64,000 nt of DNA from an uncultured cyanobacterium (GCA_963703315.1 OY969811.1:864001-928000), one strand, 5' to 3'; counted from the first letter of the stretch, positions 38,360 through 49,517 are shown. The notes: generated from the letters alone by a model not told the origin. Translations and numbers: made by a program.

Positions 38360-39685
38360 TTACAGAGTCAAAGATTGAGGATTGGTTTCAATCAGTTTCG
38401 CTAAATCCTTGAGGAACTGAGCAGCATGAGCGCCATAAATCACACGATGATCGGCAGTGAGATTGACTTGCATTTGGCTGCTGACCTTGATTGCGCCATC
38501 CTTAGTTGCCACAACTTGAGGACTAGAACCACCGATCGCCAAAATTGCACCAGTTCCGGGGGGCAAAATCGCATCGAAGCGATCGACACCAAACATTCCC
38601 AAGTTAGAAATGGTAAATGTACCAGAGTTATATTCATCGGGCTGCAATTGTTTTGCACGGGCGCGTTCGACTAAACCTTTCCAATCACGAGAAAGCGTAT
38701 ATAGGTCAGTTTGATCAGCATTTTTCAATACGGGTGTGATCAAACCGCCGTCATCCATTGCTACAGCTACAGCAATATTAATATTGCTCTTGTACTCAAT
38801 GCCGCGATCGCTGAGGCTAGCATTAACCAGAGGATGCTTGTGCAAGGTGACAGCCACAGCCTTAGCCAAAAGTGCGGTCATAGTTACGCCTTTGGACTTA
38901 ACTTGCTTATATAGAGCATCCAGCGCATCGGTGGTAATCGTGTAACCCACACGGAATGTTGGCACGGAGAGGCTTTGGTTCATGTTGTTGATCACCGCCT
39001 TCTGCAAGGTAGTCAGTGATTGCACTGTACCTAATGCTGGTGTAGGGGTTGATGCTTTTGCAGCAGGGGCGGCAGTAACCGATGGCACAGGAGTTGCAAC
39101 AGGAGCAGAGTTTGTTGCAGGAGTTGTTGCAGGAGTTGCCGCAGGCTGGAGAAATGCTTCGACATCGGCGGCAGTAATTCGTCCATTAGGACCAGTACCT
39201 GCGATTTTGGTGAGGTCAACGCCATTATCCTTAGCGATGCGTTTGGCTCTAGGAGATACAATTTGCCGACCTGAAGATTCTGTAGGTGCAGATTTACGAG
39301 GTGATGACACAACCACATCAGGAATCGCCGCTACGGAGGCAGCAGTTGGTGCAGAAACTAATTTGGCGGGAGGATCTTCGGACTTTTGAGGTGCAGGAGC
39401 CGTAGATTGTCCAGCCGCTTTTTGTTTAGCTTCAGCAATTTCTTCTTTTGTTTCAGCAACGTAGGCGATCGCCGAACCAACGGGGGCAGATTCGCCTTCA
39501 GGCGTAATAATTACACCGAGATAACCTTCGTAGAAACTTTCGACATCCATATCGGCTTTGTCAGACTCTACGATCACGACAGTTTCGCCTTTTTCCACTT
39601 TGTCTCCGGGGGATTTCACCCAAGAGGTGATTTTGCCTTCGGTCATGGTGGAGCTAAGCGCGGGCATGAAAATTTCGTAAATCAT
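38360..39685 (-). CDS. pdhC: Pyruvate dehydrogenase E2, dihydrolipoamide acetyltransferase
   Basis: Lipoyl ESDKADMD, E3-binding GTGPNGRI, DHRVIYG. Confidence 0.96.
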   Translation of the reverse strand: MIYEIFMPALSSTMTEGKITSWVKSPGDKVEKGETVVIVESDKADMDVESFYEGYLGVIITPEGESAPVGSAIAYVAETKEEIAEAKQKAAGQSTAPAPQKSEDPPAKLVSAPTAASVAAIPDVVVSSPRKSAPTESSGRQIVSPRAKRIAKDNGVDLTKIAGTGPNGRITAADVEAFLQPAATPATTPATNSAPVATPVPSVTAAPAAKASTPTPALGTVQSLTTLQKAVINNMNQSLSVPTFRVGYTITTDALDALYKQVKSKGVTMTALLAKAVAVTLHKHPLVNASLSDRGIEYKSNINIAVAVAMDDGGLITPVLKNADQTDLYTLSRDWKGLVERARAKQLQPDEYNSGTFTISNLGMFGVDRFDAILPPGTGAILAIGGSSPQVVATKDGAIKVSSQMQVNLTADHRVIYGAHAAQFLKDLAKLIETNPQSLTL

Positions 39686-39798
39686 AGGGAATTTATCAAG
39701 GTCTGTATAAAATCTGTTTTACAGCGAACAAAGTCAATGGCTGAAGTCGAAACGCCATCATAAATCTTAACGTGTTTTGGCTACCGATCGCGATCGCT

Positions 39799-41313
39799 TT
39801 ACTCATTCATTTCTCGATAAATTGTGGCAGTTGCAGGTGAAGCTTGGGTCAGGTATTGGAAAATCCAGAATTTAAACAATCCATCTAAAAACACGGGTAC
39901 AACGGCAATAAACGACTGAGCCAAAATTTTATTCTCAGGCAGACCGAAATGTTCAAATACCACAGTTAATAGTGCATCCCATCCTTCGCTAGAGTGGAAC
40001 CCCACAAACGTATCCGTTGAGATAATAATTAAAAAAGCTTTAGCATTGTCATTCAGACTATAGAGAACTTCATCAAGAAATTCTTTGATTGTTTTTAGTT
40101 CTTTGCGACCTGAGAGTAGAAAAAGATAAAAGACAAAAGCGGCAGTGATGTCAGCTAGTAAGTTTTTAACTCCATCAAGACTTTCTTCATTATATTTTTT
40201 TAAAATCTTCAATGATTCTTGTTGAATTAAAGCTTCAACTTCTTCTGATTCTGAAGATTTTTTTTCAGGGTTTTCATTTGTTGCTTCTTCAGGTTTAGCA
40301 GATTCAGGTTTAGCAGATTCAAGTTTAGCCTTTGATTGTTCCAGCATTATTGACTTGATCATCTGGTTAAATTCAATCCGCTCTTTAGCTGATTGCAAAG
40401 CTTTAAAAGCTTTTTCTTCGATCGCAGGACTAAACTTGATAGCCATATTATTAGCATCGGTAAAGCTATTAATCATGGGGCTAAATACAACTGCTTTTGA
40501 CAAAAACTGTACCGCAATTACAGTAATCACCAGAATAATGATGTATCTCAAAGCTTGATTAATTCGCTCTCGCGATTGCCTTAATTCCTCAACAATCCCC
40601 TTTTCATAATCAGAATAAGAACCACTAAGATTCCGTTTGACCCGATCAAAGGCTTTAAAAAACGACCCCGGTAAAATACTTTTCTCAATGGGTGTTACCT
40701 GTTGAGGAGGTCTTTTATAGTTTTTGGGCTTACCATTGCCAAACATTTGGAACTTCTCATCTTCCTCTGATTCTCTTTCCACTGATGAGCTTTGGTTATC
40801 GTTGGTGTAGTTTTTGCTAGATGCAACAGCTACATCAATGGTGCGATCTCTTGATTCTTGATAGCGGTTGAGGGTGTAATCAATAAATGCAAGTTTTTGA
40901 TAAATAGAGAATCTACGGCTGTTACCACTGAGTTGATTAGCCGATAGTTGTCCACTTCCTACAGGATCATTGACCTGATTGTTAGCTGTATATTTAGCGA
41001 TCGCTGTATTTGCAGAGTTAGTTTCACTTTGAGTTTGCAGATAGGGGAGCGAGGCACTGACTTTATAAAAATTTAAGCGAACATTAATCGTTCTAAGATA
41101 TTTTTGGAGTTGAATCTCAAATACACTAAACACACTGCGGCTAAAGCTGCCATCATTGAAGATTTTATTGCCATTAAAGTTTTCTTCTTCAATTTGCTTG
41201 ATACTAACAGCCGCTTCAAAAGCCTCATTGATAGATCTTTCGGGAGTATTCTTGACCCAAGAGAAAATATTTTGCAAAGGTGAGTCGTTGTTGTCAGAAG
41301 AGTTAGATTTCAT
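39799..41313 (-). CDS. pxcA: Proton extrusion protein PxcA/CemA
   Basis: TPERSINEA N-terminus; KAFLII..TDTFVGFHSSEGW, FKFWIF, SPA..TIYREMNE. Confidence 0.9.
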   Translation of the reverse strand: MKSNSSDNNDSPLQNIFSWVKNTPERSINEAFEAAVSIKQIEEENFNGNKIFNDGSFSRSVFSVFEIQLQKYLRTINVRLNFYKVSASLPYLQTQSETNSANTAIAKYTANNQVNDPVGSGQLSANQLSGNSRRFSIYQKLAFIDYTLNRYQESRDRTIDVAVASSKNYTNDNQSSSVERESEEDEKFQMFGNGKPKNYKRPPQQVTPIEKSILPGSFFKAFDRVKRNLSGSYSDYEKGIVEELRQSRERINQALRYIIILVITVIAVQFLSKAVVFSPMINSFTDANNMAIKFSPAIEEKAFKALQSAKERIEFNQMIKSIMLEQSKAKLESAKPESAKPEEATNENPEKKSSESEEVEALIQQESLKILKKYNEESLDGVKNLLADITAAFVFYLFLLSGRKELKTIKEFLDEVLYSLNDNAKAFLIIISTDTFVGFHSSEGWDALLTVVFEHFGLPENKILAQSFIAVVPVFLDGLFKFWIFQYLTQASPATATIYREMNE

Positions 41314-41434
41314 AGTGGGGCGATCGCGTCAAGACGCTAGTGTTTAGCAAAATGAGCAGAAGGACTGATTAGTCACTGTTTAATTTAAGAGATCACAGCT
41401 ACCCAAAAAGTAAGTAGCGACGCTACTTGCTTAA

Positions 41435-43363
41435 TCAAGATGGTGTACTGATGGGGACTTCAATTCTAAACTTTGTGCCTTTCCCAATGGCAGAAAAGCA
41501 TTCTAATTTGCCTTGATGTTTTTCTACCACAATTTGATAGCTGATCGATAGCCCCAAGCCTGTACCTTTACCCACAGGCTTAGTGGTAAAAAATGGGTCA
41601 AAGAGCTTTTGGCGAATATCTTCGGGAATACCATAGCCATTATCAGCAATCCAAATCACCACTGATGTTTGTGGAGCATCGGCAACAGGCTGTTTTAACT
41701 CAGTTGTGATCGTAATTTCGCCAGCACAATTTTTTTCTTTGAGGTTTTCATCGATCGCATCGATCGCATTACTTAAAACATTCATGAATACTTGGTTAAG
41801 CTGCCCCGTATAGGCATTCACCATCGGAATATCCCCATAGCACTTGATTAAGTTAATCGGAGGACGATCTTTATGGGCTTTGAGACGATTTTGCAAAATT
41901 AATAACGTACTATCAAGACCTTCATGAATATCAAAGGGCTTTCTTCCTTCTTGATCAGTACGCGAAAAATTGCGTAAGGATAGAACGATTTGGCGAATGC
42001 GCTCAGCCCCTATTTTCATTGATGCGAGCATTTTCGGTAAGTCTTCTTGGATAAATTCCAGATCGATTTCACTCAAAAATTTCGTGATTTCGGGGATCGG
42101 TTCAGGATAATGCTTTTGATAAAGGGCGATCGCCTCTAGTAAATTTTGGACAAAGCGACTGGCATGGTTCAGGTTGCCGTAGATAAAGTTAACGGGATTA
42201 TTAATTTCATGCGCTACACCTGCCACTAACTGCCCCAAGCTGGACATTTTTTCGGTTTGAATCAGTTGGCTTTGGGTTTTTTGGAGGTCAGCAAGGGCAT
42301 TTTTGATCAGTAAGGCTTGGGCTTGGGCATTGGCGGCATTGGCTTGGGCAGAGTCAAATAATTCCGCTTGATCGATCGCGATCGCCAATTGGTTAGCAAC
42401 TGCTTGCAATAGCTCAACTTCATCGCCACGCCACGGACGACTACCCTGACAATGTGCCGCCACAATTACCCCTAACTTTTGCGATCGGGTTTTAATTGGT
42501 ACAAGTAACTGCGAAGTAAATCCATATTCAGCAAGGACGATGCGACTAACATTGTCCAAATCTGGATTGGTATAAATCGATTGAATTTGAATAATTTCTT
42601 GCTTGAGTAAGCGTTGTCCTAGTTTGGGTAATTGCGAAAGCGGATAGGTCGGGGCATCCATCAGGGAGACTTGACTCGCGGCATAATGCACTAGCTGAAA
42701 TTCGGCGGGATCGGTATTGGGAATATACCAAAAGAAATTACATAGATCGATTCGCAGTAAATCCTGTACCTCATTTACTGCGGTTGCCAAAATCGTATTC
42801 AGATCTAAGGAGTTACGAATTTGGCTAGTTAGACGACGATTTAAGATCTCTTCGCGCTTGACTAGATCTTTGTAGCTTTGGCGCGATCGCTCTAGCTCCA
42901 TTTCGGCACGGCGGCGCTCGGACTGCTCAATTTTGCGATCGCTAATATCATGGGCAACAATCACAATGTTCTGCATATCCCCCTGTTCATTTCGCATCAC
43001 ACTGCCCGACGACTCCAAGATCCGCCAAGTACCATCTTTGTGCTGCATTCGATATTCTAAAACTTTGCCCACTCCCGTTTTTAAGGTTTCTTCCGCCGCT
43101 TGAAGCACTTGGACTTGATCATCGGGATGAATTTTATCGTATGCCCATGTGCCTTGTAGTTCGGCAGTCGTATAGCCCAAAACCTTCTCGTAGGATGGAC
43201 TATTGTAAATGCGATAGCCCTGAGCATCGATCACTGCAATTAGATCGGCAACATTCTCCATAATCGATCTCAACAGGCGATCGCTTTGCAATGCTGATAG
43301 GTCAGAGGGATCGGCTTGGTGATTGGCTGATTCTGCCTGATGCTCGATACTTGCGTCCGTCAT
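41435..43363 (-). CDS. PAS-GAF sensor histidine kinase
   Basis: PAS, GAF, AHEINNP H-box, GKGTGLGL. Confidence 0.93.
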   Translation of the reverse strand: MTDASIEHQAESANHQADPSDLSALQSDRLLRSIMENVADLIAVIDAQGYRIYNSPSYEKVLGYTTAELQGTWAYDKIHPDDQVQVLQAAEETLKTGVGKVLEYRMQHKDGTWRILESSGSVMRNEQGDMQNIVIVAHDISDRKIEQSERRRAEMELERSRQSYKDLVKREEILNRRLTSQIRNSLDLNTILATAVNEVQDLLRIDLCNFFWYIPNTDPAEFQLVHYAASQVSLMDAPTYPLSQLPKLGQRLLKQEIIQIQSIYTNPDLDNVSRIVLAEYGFTSQLLVPIKTRSQKLGVIVAAHCQGSRPWRGDEVELLQAVANQLAIAIDQAELFDSAQANAANAQAQALLIKNALADLQKTQSQLIQTEKMSSLGQLVAGVAHEINNPVNFIYGNLNHASRFVQNLLEAIALYQKHYPEPIPEITKFLSEIDLEFIQEDLPKMLASMKIGAERIRQIVLSLRNFSRTDQEGRKPFDIHEGLDSTLLILQNRLKAHKDRPPINLIKCYGDIPMVNAYTGQLNQVFMNVLSNAIDAIDENLKEKNCAGEITITTELKQPVADAPQTSVVIWIADNGYGIPEDIRQKLFDPFFTTKPVGKGTGLGLSISYQIVVEKHQGKLECFSAIGKGTKFRIEVPISTPS

Positions 43364-43459
43364 AATGAGTTTTTAGAGATAGGACAGCATGAAATCAAAA
43401 TAAGTTTGCCTAACTGTGTAACCAAATGCAATAGCATTTTTTAAGTAGCTAATTTAGTT

Positions 43460-44701
43460 TTGAATGAAATGTTGAATCTTAATTTAAATCTTAATTTGAA
43501 TCTTACTGGGAATCGTAATTTGCAGCCTAGTTTGGATCGAACAAATAATCGCGTATATAGCGCTTTTAAAGAAATGATTGTCTCCCCGCCGAAGGGGGGG
43601 AGACAATCTCGTACTTCACTAGACCAGTCTCTATGGTTAAAAGGACTAACGATCGCGATCGCCTGTGTGATCACAACTTCCTTGATGATGCTATTGGCTG
43701 CTCCCAGCATGGCAGCATTACCCACCAAAAGTGCAATCAAAGATCCGCGCATTATCTTACGCAATGCTTTACCCATTGACAACGATCCTCTCCGTGACAT
43801 TCAGCGCACCCTAGAGCAAATGCCCCGCCAAGCCAATCTCAAGCGCTGGAGTAGTCTCAAAAAAGATGCGGAAGTCATTTCCCAGAGCCTAACCCAAAAC
43901 CGCGATCAGCTAATTGCCGAAGTTAAGGGCGATCGCCAAGCATTAGTTACAGAACATTTAACTAGCTTAGCAACGGCATTAGTACCGCTTCAAGAAGCGA
44001 TCGCGATTAAAGACCGCAACAGTGTCAAAGCTTTATCGGAAAAGGCGTTGGACTATGTAGGTTTAGTAGAAACCGACTTTATTCAAGCATTCCCCTTTGA
44101 AGTACCAGCGAAGTATGCCAGCTTGCCTCAACTCAAAGGTCGCGCCCTCGTTGAGTTAGCCACCGAAAAGGGCAATCTCACGATTACTGTCGATGGCTAC
44201 AATGCCCCAGTTAATGCAGGTCAATTTGTGGATCTCGTCCAAAAACGCTTTTACGATGGCTTGACCTTTACCCGTGCTGATGAGAACTACTATCTGCAAA
44301 CAGGTGATCCCGATGGTGCAGCCGATGGCTATATCGATCCCAAAACTGGTAAAGATCGGACAGTACCAATTGAAGTGCGTCTCCCCGATCAGAAAGTTCC
44401 TAACTATGGCAAAACCTTTGAAGAGCTAGGTTTGTCAGGAACCTTGCCAGTGTTGCCTTTTGCAGCTTTTGGTACTGTGGCAATGGCACATCCTAACGAT
44501 AATCCCAATGCTGGTTCATCGCAGTTTTTCATCTACTTGTTTGAATCAGAATTAACACCCGCAGGCTTAAATTTGCTAGATGGCAACTACACCGTTTTTG
44601 GATATGTCACCGATGGCAAGGAAACTTTGGATAAACTAAGACTAGGCGACAAAATTTTGTCTGCCCGCGTCATCAGTGGTGCGGAAAATCTGATCAAGTA
44701 A
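43460..44701 (+). CDS. Thylakoid lumen cyclophilin-type PPIase (TLP40/CYP38-like); start uncertain, possibly 43574
   Basis: LRNALPID, LPQLKGRA, DGYNAPV.AG.FVDL, SSQFF, LDGNY.VFGYV. Confidence 0.88.
   Translation: MNEMLNLNLNLNLNLTGNRNLQPSLDRTNNRVYSAFKEMIVSPPKGGRQSRTSLDQSLWLKGLTIAIACVITTSLMMLLAAPSMAALPTKSAIKDPRIILRNALPIDNDPLRDIQRTLEQMPRQANLKRWSSLKKDAEVISQSLTQNRDQLIAEVKGDRQALVTEHLTSLATALVPLQEAIAIKDRNSVKALSEKALDYVGLVETDFIQAFPFEVPAKYASLPQLKGRALVELATEKGNLTITVDGYNAPVNAGQFVDLVQKRFYDGLTFTRADENYYLQTGDPDGAADGYIDPKTGKDRTVPIEVRLPDQKVPNYGKTFEELGLSGTLPVLPFAAFGTVAMAHPNDNPNAGSSQFFIYLFESELTPAGLNLLDGNYTVFGYVTDGKETLDKLRLGDKILSARVISGAENLIK
43556..43634. mobile_element. MITE relic (CCCCGCCGAAGG hairpin family) inside the cyclophilin 5' region
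   Basis: TATAGCGCTTTT..GATTGTCTCCCCGCCGAAGG..GAGACAATCTCGTACTTCACTAGAC matches the reverse complement of 50331-50423. Confidence 0.75.
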
Positions 44702-44801
44702 GTTGATGGGGCAATTAAATATAAAACCCCAAAACCTGTGGCGCACGCGCAGCGTGCGCCACAGGTTTTGGCTCTGGTTTTTAATTATGCCAAGCTACTT
44801 A
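44699..44801. mobile_element. MITE of the ACCTGTGGCGCACGC hairpin family
   Basis: TAAGT..AATTAAATATAAAA..hairpin..TTTTTAATTATGCCAAGCTACTTA; aligns with 53242-53342. Confidence 0.78.
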
Positions 44802-44912
44802 TAGCTATCGTCAGTCTTGTTAGGACACAAAACCAGAAGACGAGTTGCGGCGCTTCGCGCCGCAACTCGCTTCTTGGGTTTTGATTTGTCCTAATACAAA
44901 TAGCGATGATTA
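44800..44912. mobile_element. MITE-like element with GTTGCGGCGC hairpin
   Basis: Imperfect TIR ..TTAGGACA / TGTCCTAA..; central GAGTTGCGGCGCTTCGCGCCGCAACTC. Confidence 0.6.
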
Positions 44913-44939
44913 CATCACAATTATGAGGAAACAAATTTA

Positions 44940-45902
44940 ATGGGTACTACCCGCAACGAACCGTATATTTTGAGCCTGCCAAATTCTAGTAGTGCCATGT
45001 ATTTAGCAGGGACACGCGAAGAAAATTTGAAATTACTTGCAGCCGAGACAGGTGTACGGATGGTCATGCGGGGGCAAGACCTATTGATTGAAGGCACAAC
45101 TGAGCAGATTAAGCTTTGTGAGCAATTGATTACAGCCCTCAAGCCGATGTGGTCACAGGAGCAAGCGATCGCTGCTGTCGATATTCGTGCTGCCCGTCAA
45201 GCGATCGCCGAAGAACGCTCTGGAGAATGGCGCGATCGGGCTACTATTTCCCGTAATCGGCGGGGAGACTCGATCCAGCCCCGTACCCATCGTCAACAGC
45301 AATATGTGCAGGCAATGGAAAGCCACGACTTAATTTTTGGAGTGGGACCTGCGGGGACGGGTAAAACCTATCTCGCGGCAGTGGCGGCAGTGAGTGCCTT
45401 GCAAAGCGGTAAATTTGAGCGGATTATTCTCACCCGTCCTGCGGTCGAGGCTGGCGAAAGTTTGGGCTTTTTACCCGGAGATTTGCAGCAAAAAATTGAT
45501 CCCTATCTGCGTCCTCTCTACGATGCGATGCACGAAATGATCGGTGCGGAGAAAGTACCGCAATTAATGGAGAGGGGCATCATTGAAGTCGCGCCTCTAG
45601 CCTATATGCGCGGACGTACCCTCAGTAACTCCTTCATCATTGTTGATGAGGCGCAAAATACCACTGCTGCCCAAATGAAGATGGTTTTAACCCGTCTCGG
45701 ATTTAAGTCGCGGATGGTGGTCACTGGCGACATCACCCAAATTGACTTGCCCCGTCATCAAAAATCGGGTTTAGTGATTGCCATGAATATTTTGCAAGGG
45801 GTTCAAGGCGTTTCGTTTAACCTATTTGATAAATCCGATGTGGTGCGTCATCCTCTAGTCCATAGCATCATTGCCGCCTATGAAAATTCAGAATCAGAAT
45901 AA
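44940..45902 (+). CDS. phoH: PhoH family ATPase
   Basis: GPAGTGKT, LGFLPG, YMRGRTL, DEAQN, DVVRHPLV. Confidence 0.95.
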   Translation: MGTTRNEPYILSLPNSSSAMYLAGTREENLKLLAAETGVRMVMRGQDLLIEGTTEQIKLCEQLITALKPMWSQEQAIAAVDIRAARQAIAEERSGEWRDRATISRNRRGDSIQPRTHRQQQYVQAMESHDLIFGVGPAGTGKTYLAAVAAVSALQSGKFERIILTRPAVEAGESLGFLPGDLQQKIDPYLRPLYDAMHEMIGAEKVPQLMERGIIEVAPLAYMRGRTLSNSFIIVDEAQNTTAAQMKMVLTRLGFKSRMVVTGDITQIDLPRHQKSGLVIAMNILQGVQGVSFNLFDKSDVVRHPLVHSIIAAYENSESE

Positions 45903-45952
45903 ATAGGAGGTGACGCTTTGCGTCACCTCCTATGTTCAGCAAATTAAAAACT

Positions 45953-46225
45953 ATGACCTGCGAACTAAATCCTGAAAATATTCAAGTCACGATCAAGCTA
46001 TTTGCGATTTTCCAAGAAGTATATGGCGTTGATCAAATGCAAATTGAGCTTGAGTTAGGTACGAACGTATCACAAATATTCGATCGCCTAGTTAGTCAGC
46101 ACCCACACCTCGAACAATGGCGATCGCTGACTCGATATGCAATTAACTTAAACTTTGTTGAACCCGATACGGTTCTAAATAATGGTGATGAAATTGCGCT
46201 GATCCCCCCTGTAAGCGGTGGTTAG
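45953..46225 (+). CDS. moaD: Molybdopterin synthase sulfur carrier
   Basis: VTIKLFA, GDEIALIPPVSGG C-terminus. Confidence 0.9.
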   Translation: MTCELNPENIQVTIKLFAIFQEVYGVDQMQIELELGTNVSQIFDRLVSQHPHLEQWRSLTRYAINLNFVEPDTVLNNGDEIALIPPVSGG

Positions 46226-46244
46226 CAACCAGCCGCCTCGGTAA

Positions 46245-46469
46245 TTAGCCCTGCCCTGACCAATCCAGTAAGCCACTAAACTGATGTAAGTCAATAAAAC
46301 TAAGCTGCAAAAGGATCATCAACAAGGGGCCTTCTTGTCTTGCTTGCCAGCGCTTGGCAACGGCTAATTGTTCGTGATCAACGACAGACAACTCCAGTAG
46401 GTGTCTCTCTAAATCTTCTTGGCGACTAGCGATCGCGTATGTCTGGGATTGATAACTCATTGAAATCAA
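46245..46469 (-). CDS. DUF2949 family protein
   Basis: GPLLMILLQLSFIDL.Q....LDW pattern. Confidence 0.7.
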   Translation of the reverse strand: MISMSYQSQTYAIASRQEDLERHLLELSVVDHEQLAVAKRWQARQEGPLLMILLQLSFIDLHQFSGLLDWSGQG

Positions 46470-46562
46470 ATAACTATCTACTTAAGCGATTTGGATTAAT
46501 AGCGTAGCGCACATTACCACATCTATCAACGCCCGTCAAAGTTATTTTTTATAGCGGTAGCT

Positions 46563-46615
46563 AAACCTAAAAAGAGAGTTGCGGCGCTTCGCGCCGCAAC
46601 TCTCTTTTTAGGTTT
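46563..46615. repeat. Palindrome of the GTTGCGGCGC family
   Basis: AAACCTAAAAAGAGAGTTGCGGCGC-TTC-GCGCCGCAACTCTCTTTTTAGGTTT. Confidence 0.85.
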
Positions 46616-46872
46616 TATGTCTTAACTAGCTATAACTTCATTTTTAAGTTCATCATAAAAATAAAAATCACTATAGAATGGTGTAATTCAGCTTAGTTAT
46701 CCGAGCTTGACAGCACCTTGCACTTAAATCTGAACAGAAATTTTTATAAAAGTGTTGATTATCAACACTTTTATAAAAATTTCTGTAGTTTGTTTGATCG
46801 AAAATAGCTGTAAGAATAATCCTGCTTATGCCGTTTGTAAAAATTTGTCATGCCATCATAGCTTTTGACTAA

Positions 46873-48885
46873 ATGAATAACTCTAAGGTTTTTGAAGAAA
46901 TATCTGTGAAAGATTGGAAAGCTCTTCAGCAAGAAATGAAAGAGTTACGGAAAGAGGTCAGCCGACTTCAGATGGAAAATAGCGATCTAGAAAACTCTTT
47001 ACTAACTGCAATTGAACATGGAGATCTCGTTGAAGCAGAACTACTAGAAGTTAATAAAAAATTAAAAAGTGAAATTGTCGAGCGTAAAATGGCTCAAGCT
47101 ACGTTGCAATCAATTTTAGAGATTGTCTATCGAGATAAAAACGATCTTGAAATTATGTTGGCAACGGCTACGGAGCATGGTGATGCGATCGAATATGAAC
47201 AATACAATCGTGCTGTGGAAACCATGCGCCAAAGTGAAGAACAGTTCAGAGCGATCGCCGAATCAACCAGTATGGCAATGTGTGTGAGCCGTCTAGCCGA
47301 TGGAACTATCACCTATGCGAATACTAGTGCTGGTACGATGCTCCAAAGGGAAGTCCATGAATTAATACATCAGTCAATTCGCGATATTTATTATCTTGAA
47401 TCAGAATGGCAATCTCTCCAACAGCAATTTTTGGCAAAGCAACGAATTCGTGACTATGAAATTCGATTACGCAATCCAAATCAAGAACCTCTATGGGTAT
47501 TGGCATCTTTACATTTGCTATGGCTCAAAGGAGAACAAGTTCTTTTAAGCACTTTCTATGACATTACTTTACTTAAGACCACAGAACTTGCCCTGCGTGA
47601 TTCAGAGACTAAATTAAGAGAACAGGCTAATCTGTTAGAACATCGTGTAGAAGAGCGAACTTATGATTTGAAGTTAGCAAAGGAAGCCGCAGAAGCCGCA
47701 AGTCTCTCTAAGGCAGCATTTTTAGCCAATATGAGCCATGAATTGCGAACACCTTTGAATGCGATTCTTGGTTTCGCTCAGCTTATGCTCTATGATCAAG
47801 AGCTAAATAATCAACATCAAAGTGATCTCCAGACTATCTGCAACAGTGGTAATCATTTGCTAAATATGATTAATGACATCTTGGAAATGTCAAAGCTTGA
47901 AGCTGGTAGCGTACTTTTGCGAGAGAAGGAATGCTATCTCTATGAGATTGTAGATACGGCAAGAGATATGCTAATGCTCAAAGCCCAAGAGAAAGAGTTA
48001 TTATTTGATTTTAAAATCCATCCAGATGTCCCTGCCTATATCTATGTCGATGAAGGCAAGCTGCGCCAAATATTAATCAATTTGATTAGTAATGCCATCA
48101 AATTTACAAGTACAGGACATATTTATGTTCGGGTGATGCCCTCAGTCATCACAGAGACATCTAAGCAAGAAAATCACCAACACCTCTATTTTGAAATTGA
48201 AGATACGGGTAGTGGCATCTCTGAGGCAGAGTTACAAACTTTATTTCAACCTTTTGTCCAGACAGAATCAGGTAGGCGATCGCAAGAAGGTACGGGCTTA
48301 GGTCTATCAATTAGTTATAACTACGTCAAGCTCATGGGTGGAGATATGTCAGTAACTAGTAAACTAGGGCAAGGTTCCACTTTTAGATTTTGTATTCCGA
48401 TTAGGTCGTTGGGCTTATTTAATCAAGATTCTTCAGACAAATCACTAAGTCGGGTAATTGGTGTGGAGAGTAGAGAGACTTACCGCATCTTAATAGCCGA
48501 AGATATTCGCCTCAATCGCCAACTCTTAACTAGAATTTTGTCACCTTTAGGTTTTGAACTACGAGAAGTCACTAATGGAGAAGAGGCGATCGCTATATGG
48601 CAGTCTTGGTTGCCTCATCTCATTTGGATGGATGTAAGGATGCCAATATTAAGTGGACAGGAAGCAACAGCCGCTATTCGAGAAATTGAAGCAAAGACCA
48701 ATGTTCCCGCATCTCAAAAGGTACGAATTATCGCTTTAACTGCAAGTCTCATCGATCTTCGAGAAGAGGAGCTATATCTAAATGGTTTTGACGGATTTGT
48801 GGCTAAACCATTTACTGAAGATAAAATATTTTCGAGAATGGCTGAGCATTTAAACTTGCAATACATCTACAGCGATGCAAATTAA
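46873..48885 (+). CDS. Hybrid histidine kinase (coiled coil-PAS-HisKA-HATPase-REC)
   Basis: MSHELRTPLN, NLISNAIKFT, GTGLGL, WMDVRMP. Confidence 0.93.
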   Translation: MNNSKVFEEISVKDWKALQQEMKELRKEVSRLQMENSDLENSLLTAIEHGDLVEAELLEVNKKLKSEIVERKMAQATLQSILEIVYRDKNDLEIMLATATEHGDAIEYEQYNRAVETMRQSEEQFRAIAESTSMAMCVSRLADGTITYANTSAGTMLQREVHELIHQSIRDIYYLESEWQSLQQQFLAKQRIRDYEIRLRNPNQEPLWVLASLHLLWLKGEQVLLSTFYDITLLKTTELALRDSETKLREQANLLEHRVEERTYDLKLAKEAAEAASLSKAAFLANMSHELRTPLNAILGFAQLMLYDQELNNQHQSDLQTICNSGNHLLNMINDILEMSKLEAGSVLLREKECYLYEIVDTARDMLMLKAQEKELLFDFKIHPDVPAYIYVDEGKLRQILINLISNAIKFTSTGHIYVRVMPSVITETSKQENHQHLYFEIEDTGSGISEAELQTLFQPFVQTESGRRSQEGTGLGLSISYNYVKLMGGDMSVTSKLGQGSTFRFCIPIRSLGLFNQDSSDKSLSRVIGVESRETYRILIAEDIRLNRQLLTRILSPLGFELREVTNGEEAIAIWQSWLPHLIWMDVRMPILSGQEATAAIREIEAKTNVPASQKVRIIALTASLIDLREEELYLNGFDGFVAKPFTEDKIFSRMAEHLNLQYIYSDAN

Positions 48886-48919
48886 TTTTCCCATAGACAA
48901 GAGGCTTTAAGCCTCTTGT

Positions 48920-49186
48920 CTATCTCACGTATGAACGAAATGGTGAATCTCTTTCAGCTAAGATTTCTTGCATTCTTAAGGTGTTATACACAGGATTATC
49001 TTGGTAACTTCCATAAAGAATGATGTTTGCTAAAAATCCATTTACTCCCCGTATATCTTCAATCCGTTCCACATATTTGCAAGATTTAATCGATGGATTG
49101 TCTTTACGCCAGTTTAAATATTCAGAATAGCTACCTGCAATAATTAAAATCTGGGTGTTTTTGGAACTGTCAGTAATAGCTTTCAT
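48920..49186 (-). CDS. Small hypothetical protein
   Basis: 88-aa ORF in an otherwise empty gap, ending in a shared hairpin terminator. Confidence 0.6.
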   Translation of the reverse strand: MKAITDSSKNTQILIIAGSYSEYLNWRKDNPSIKSCKYVERIEDIRGVNGFLANIILYGSYQDNPVYNTLRMQEILAERDSPFRSYVR

Positions 49187-49517
49187 TTGTATACTATCTT
49201 TTATATCTATAATATTTTCTAGTCAAGTCTCAAGTTAATTCCCCGTTTGCAATCTTCAACAAACTTAGTATAACTTAACACATTTTGTCGTCACCCATTA
49301 AGGTGTAGAAAAGGATGAATAAAAGCGAAGCTTGGATGCAGCATTTCCTATAAACAATCGTGTAGACTAAGAACTAAAAAATGAGCTATACCAAAACACA
49401 AAATGGCTACGCCATTTTGTGTTTTTAAAAACCTTACTGGGTTTGGCTTTCAATTCACAAAAGTGTCGTCACACTTTTGTGAATTGGTATTAATTGTGGT
49501 TATTTGGAATTTTTGCA

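Noticed and set aside
38426..39763. Antisense and alternate-frame ORFs over pdhC (and similar ones over glpX, the Roco gene, the DegT gene and ampG)
   Set aside because: Shadows of well-supported genes with no recognisable motifs
43471..43506. NLNLNL-coding short repeat (AATCTTAATTT)
   Set aside because: Short low-complexity tract, possibly outside the true CDS; no evidence of function
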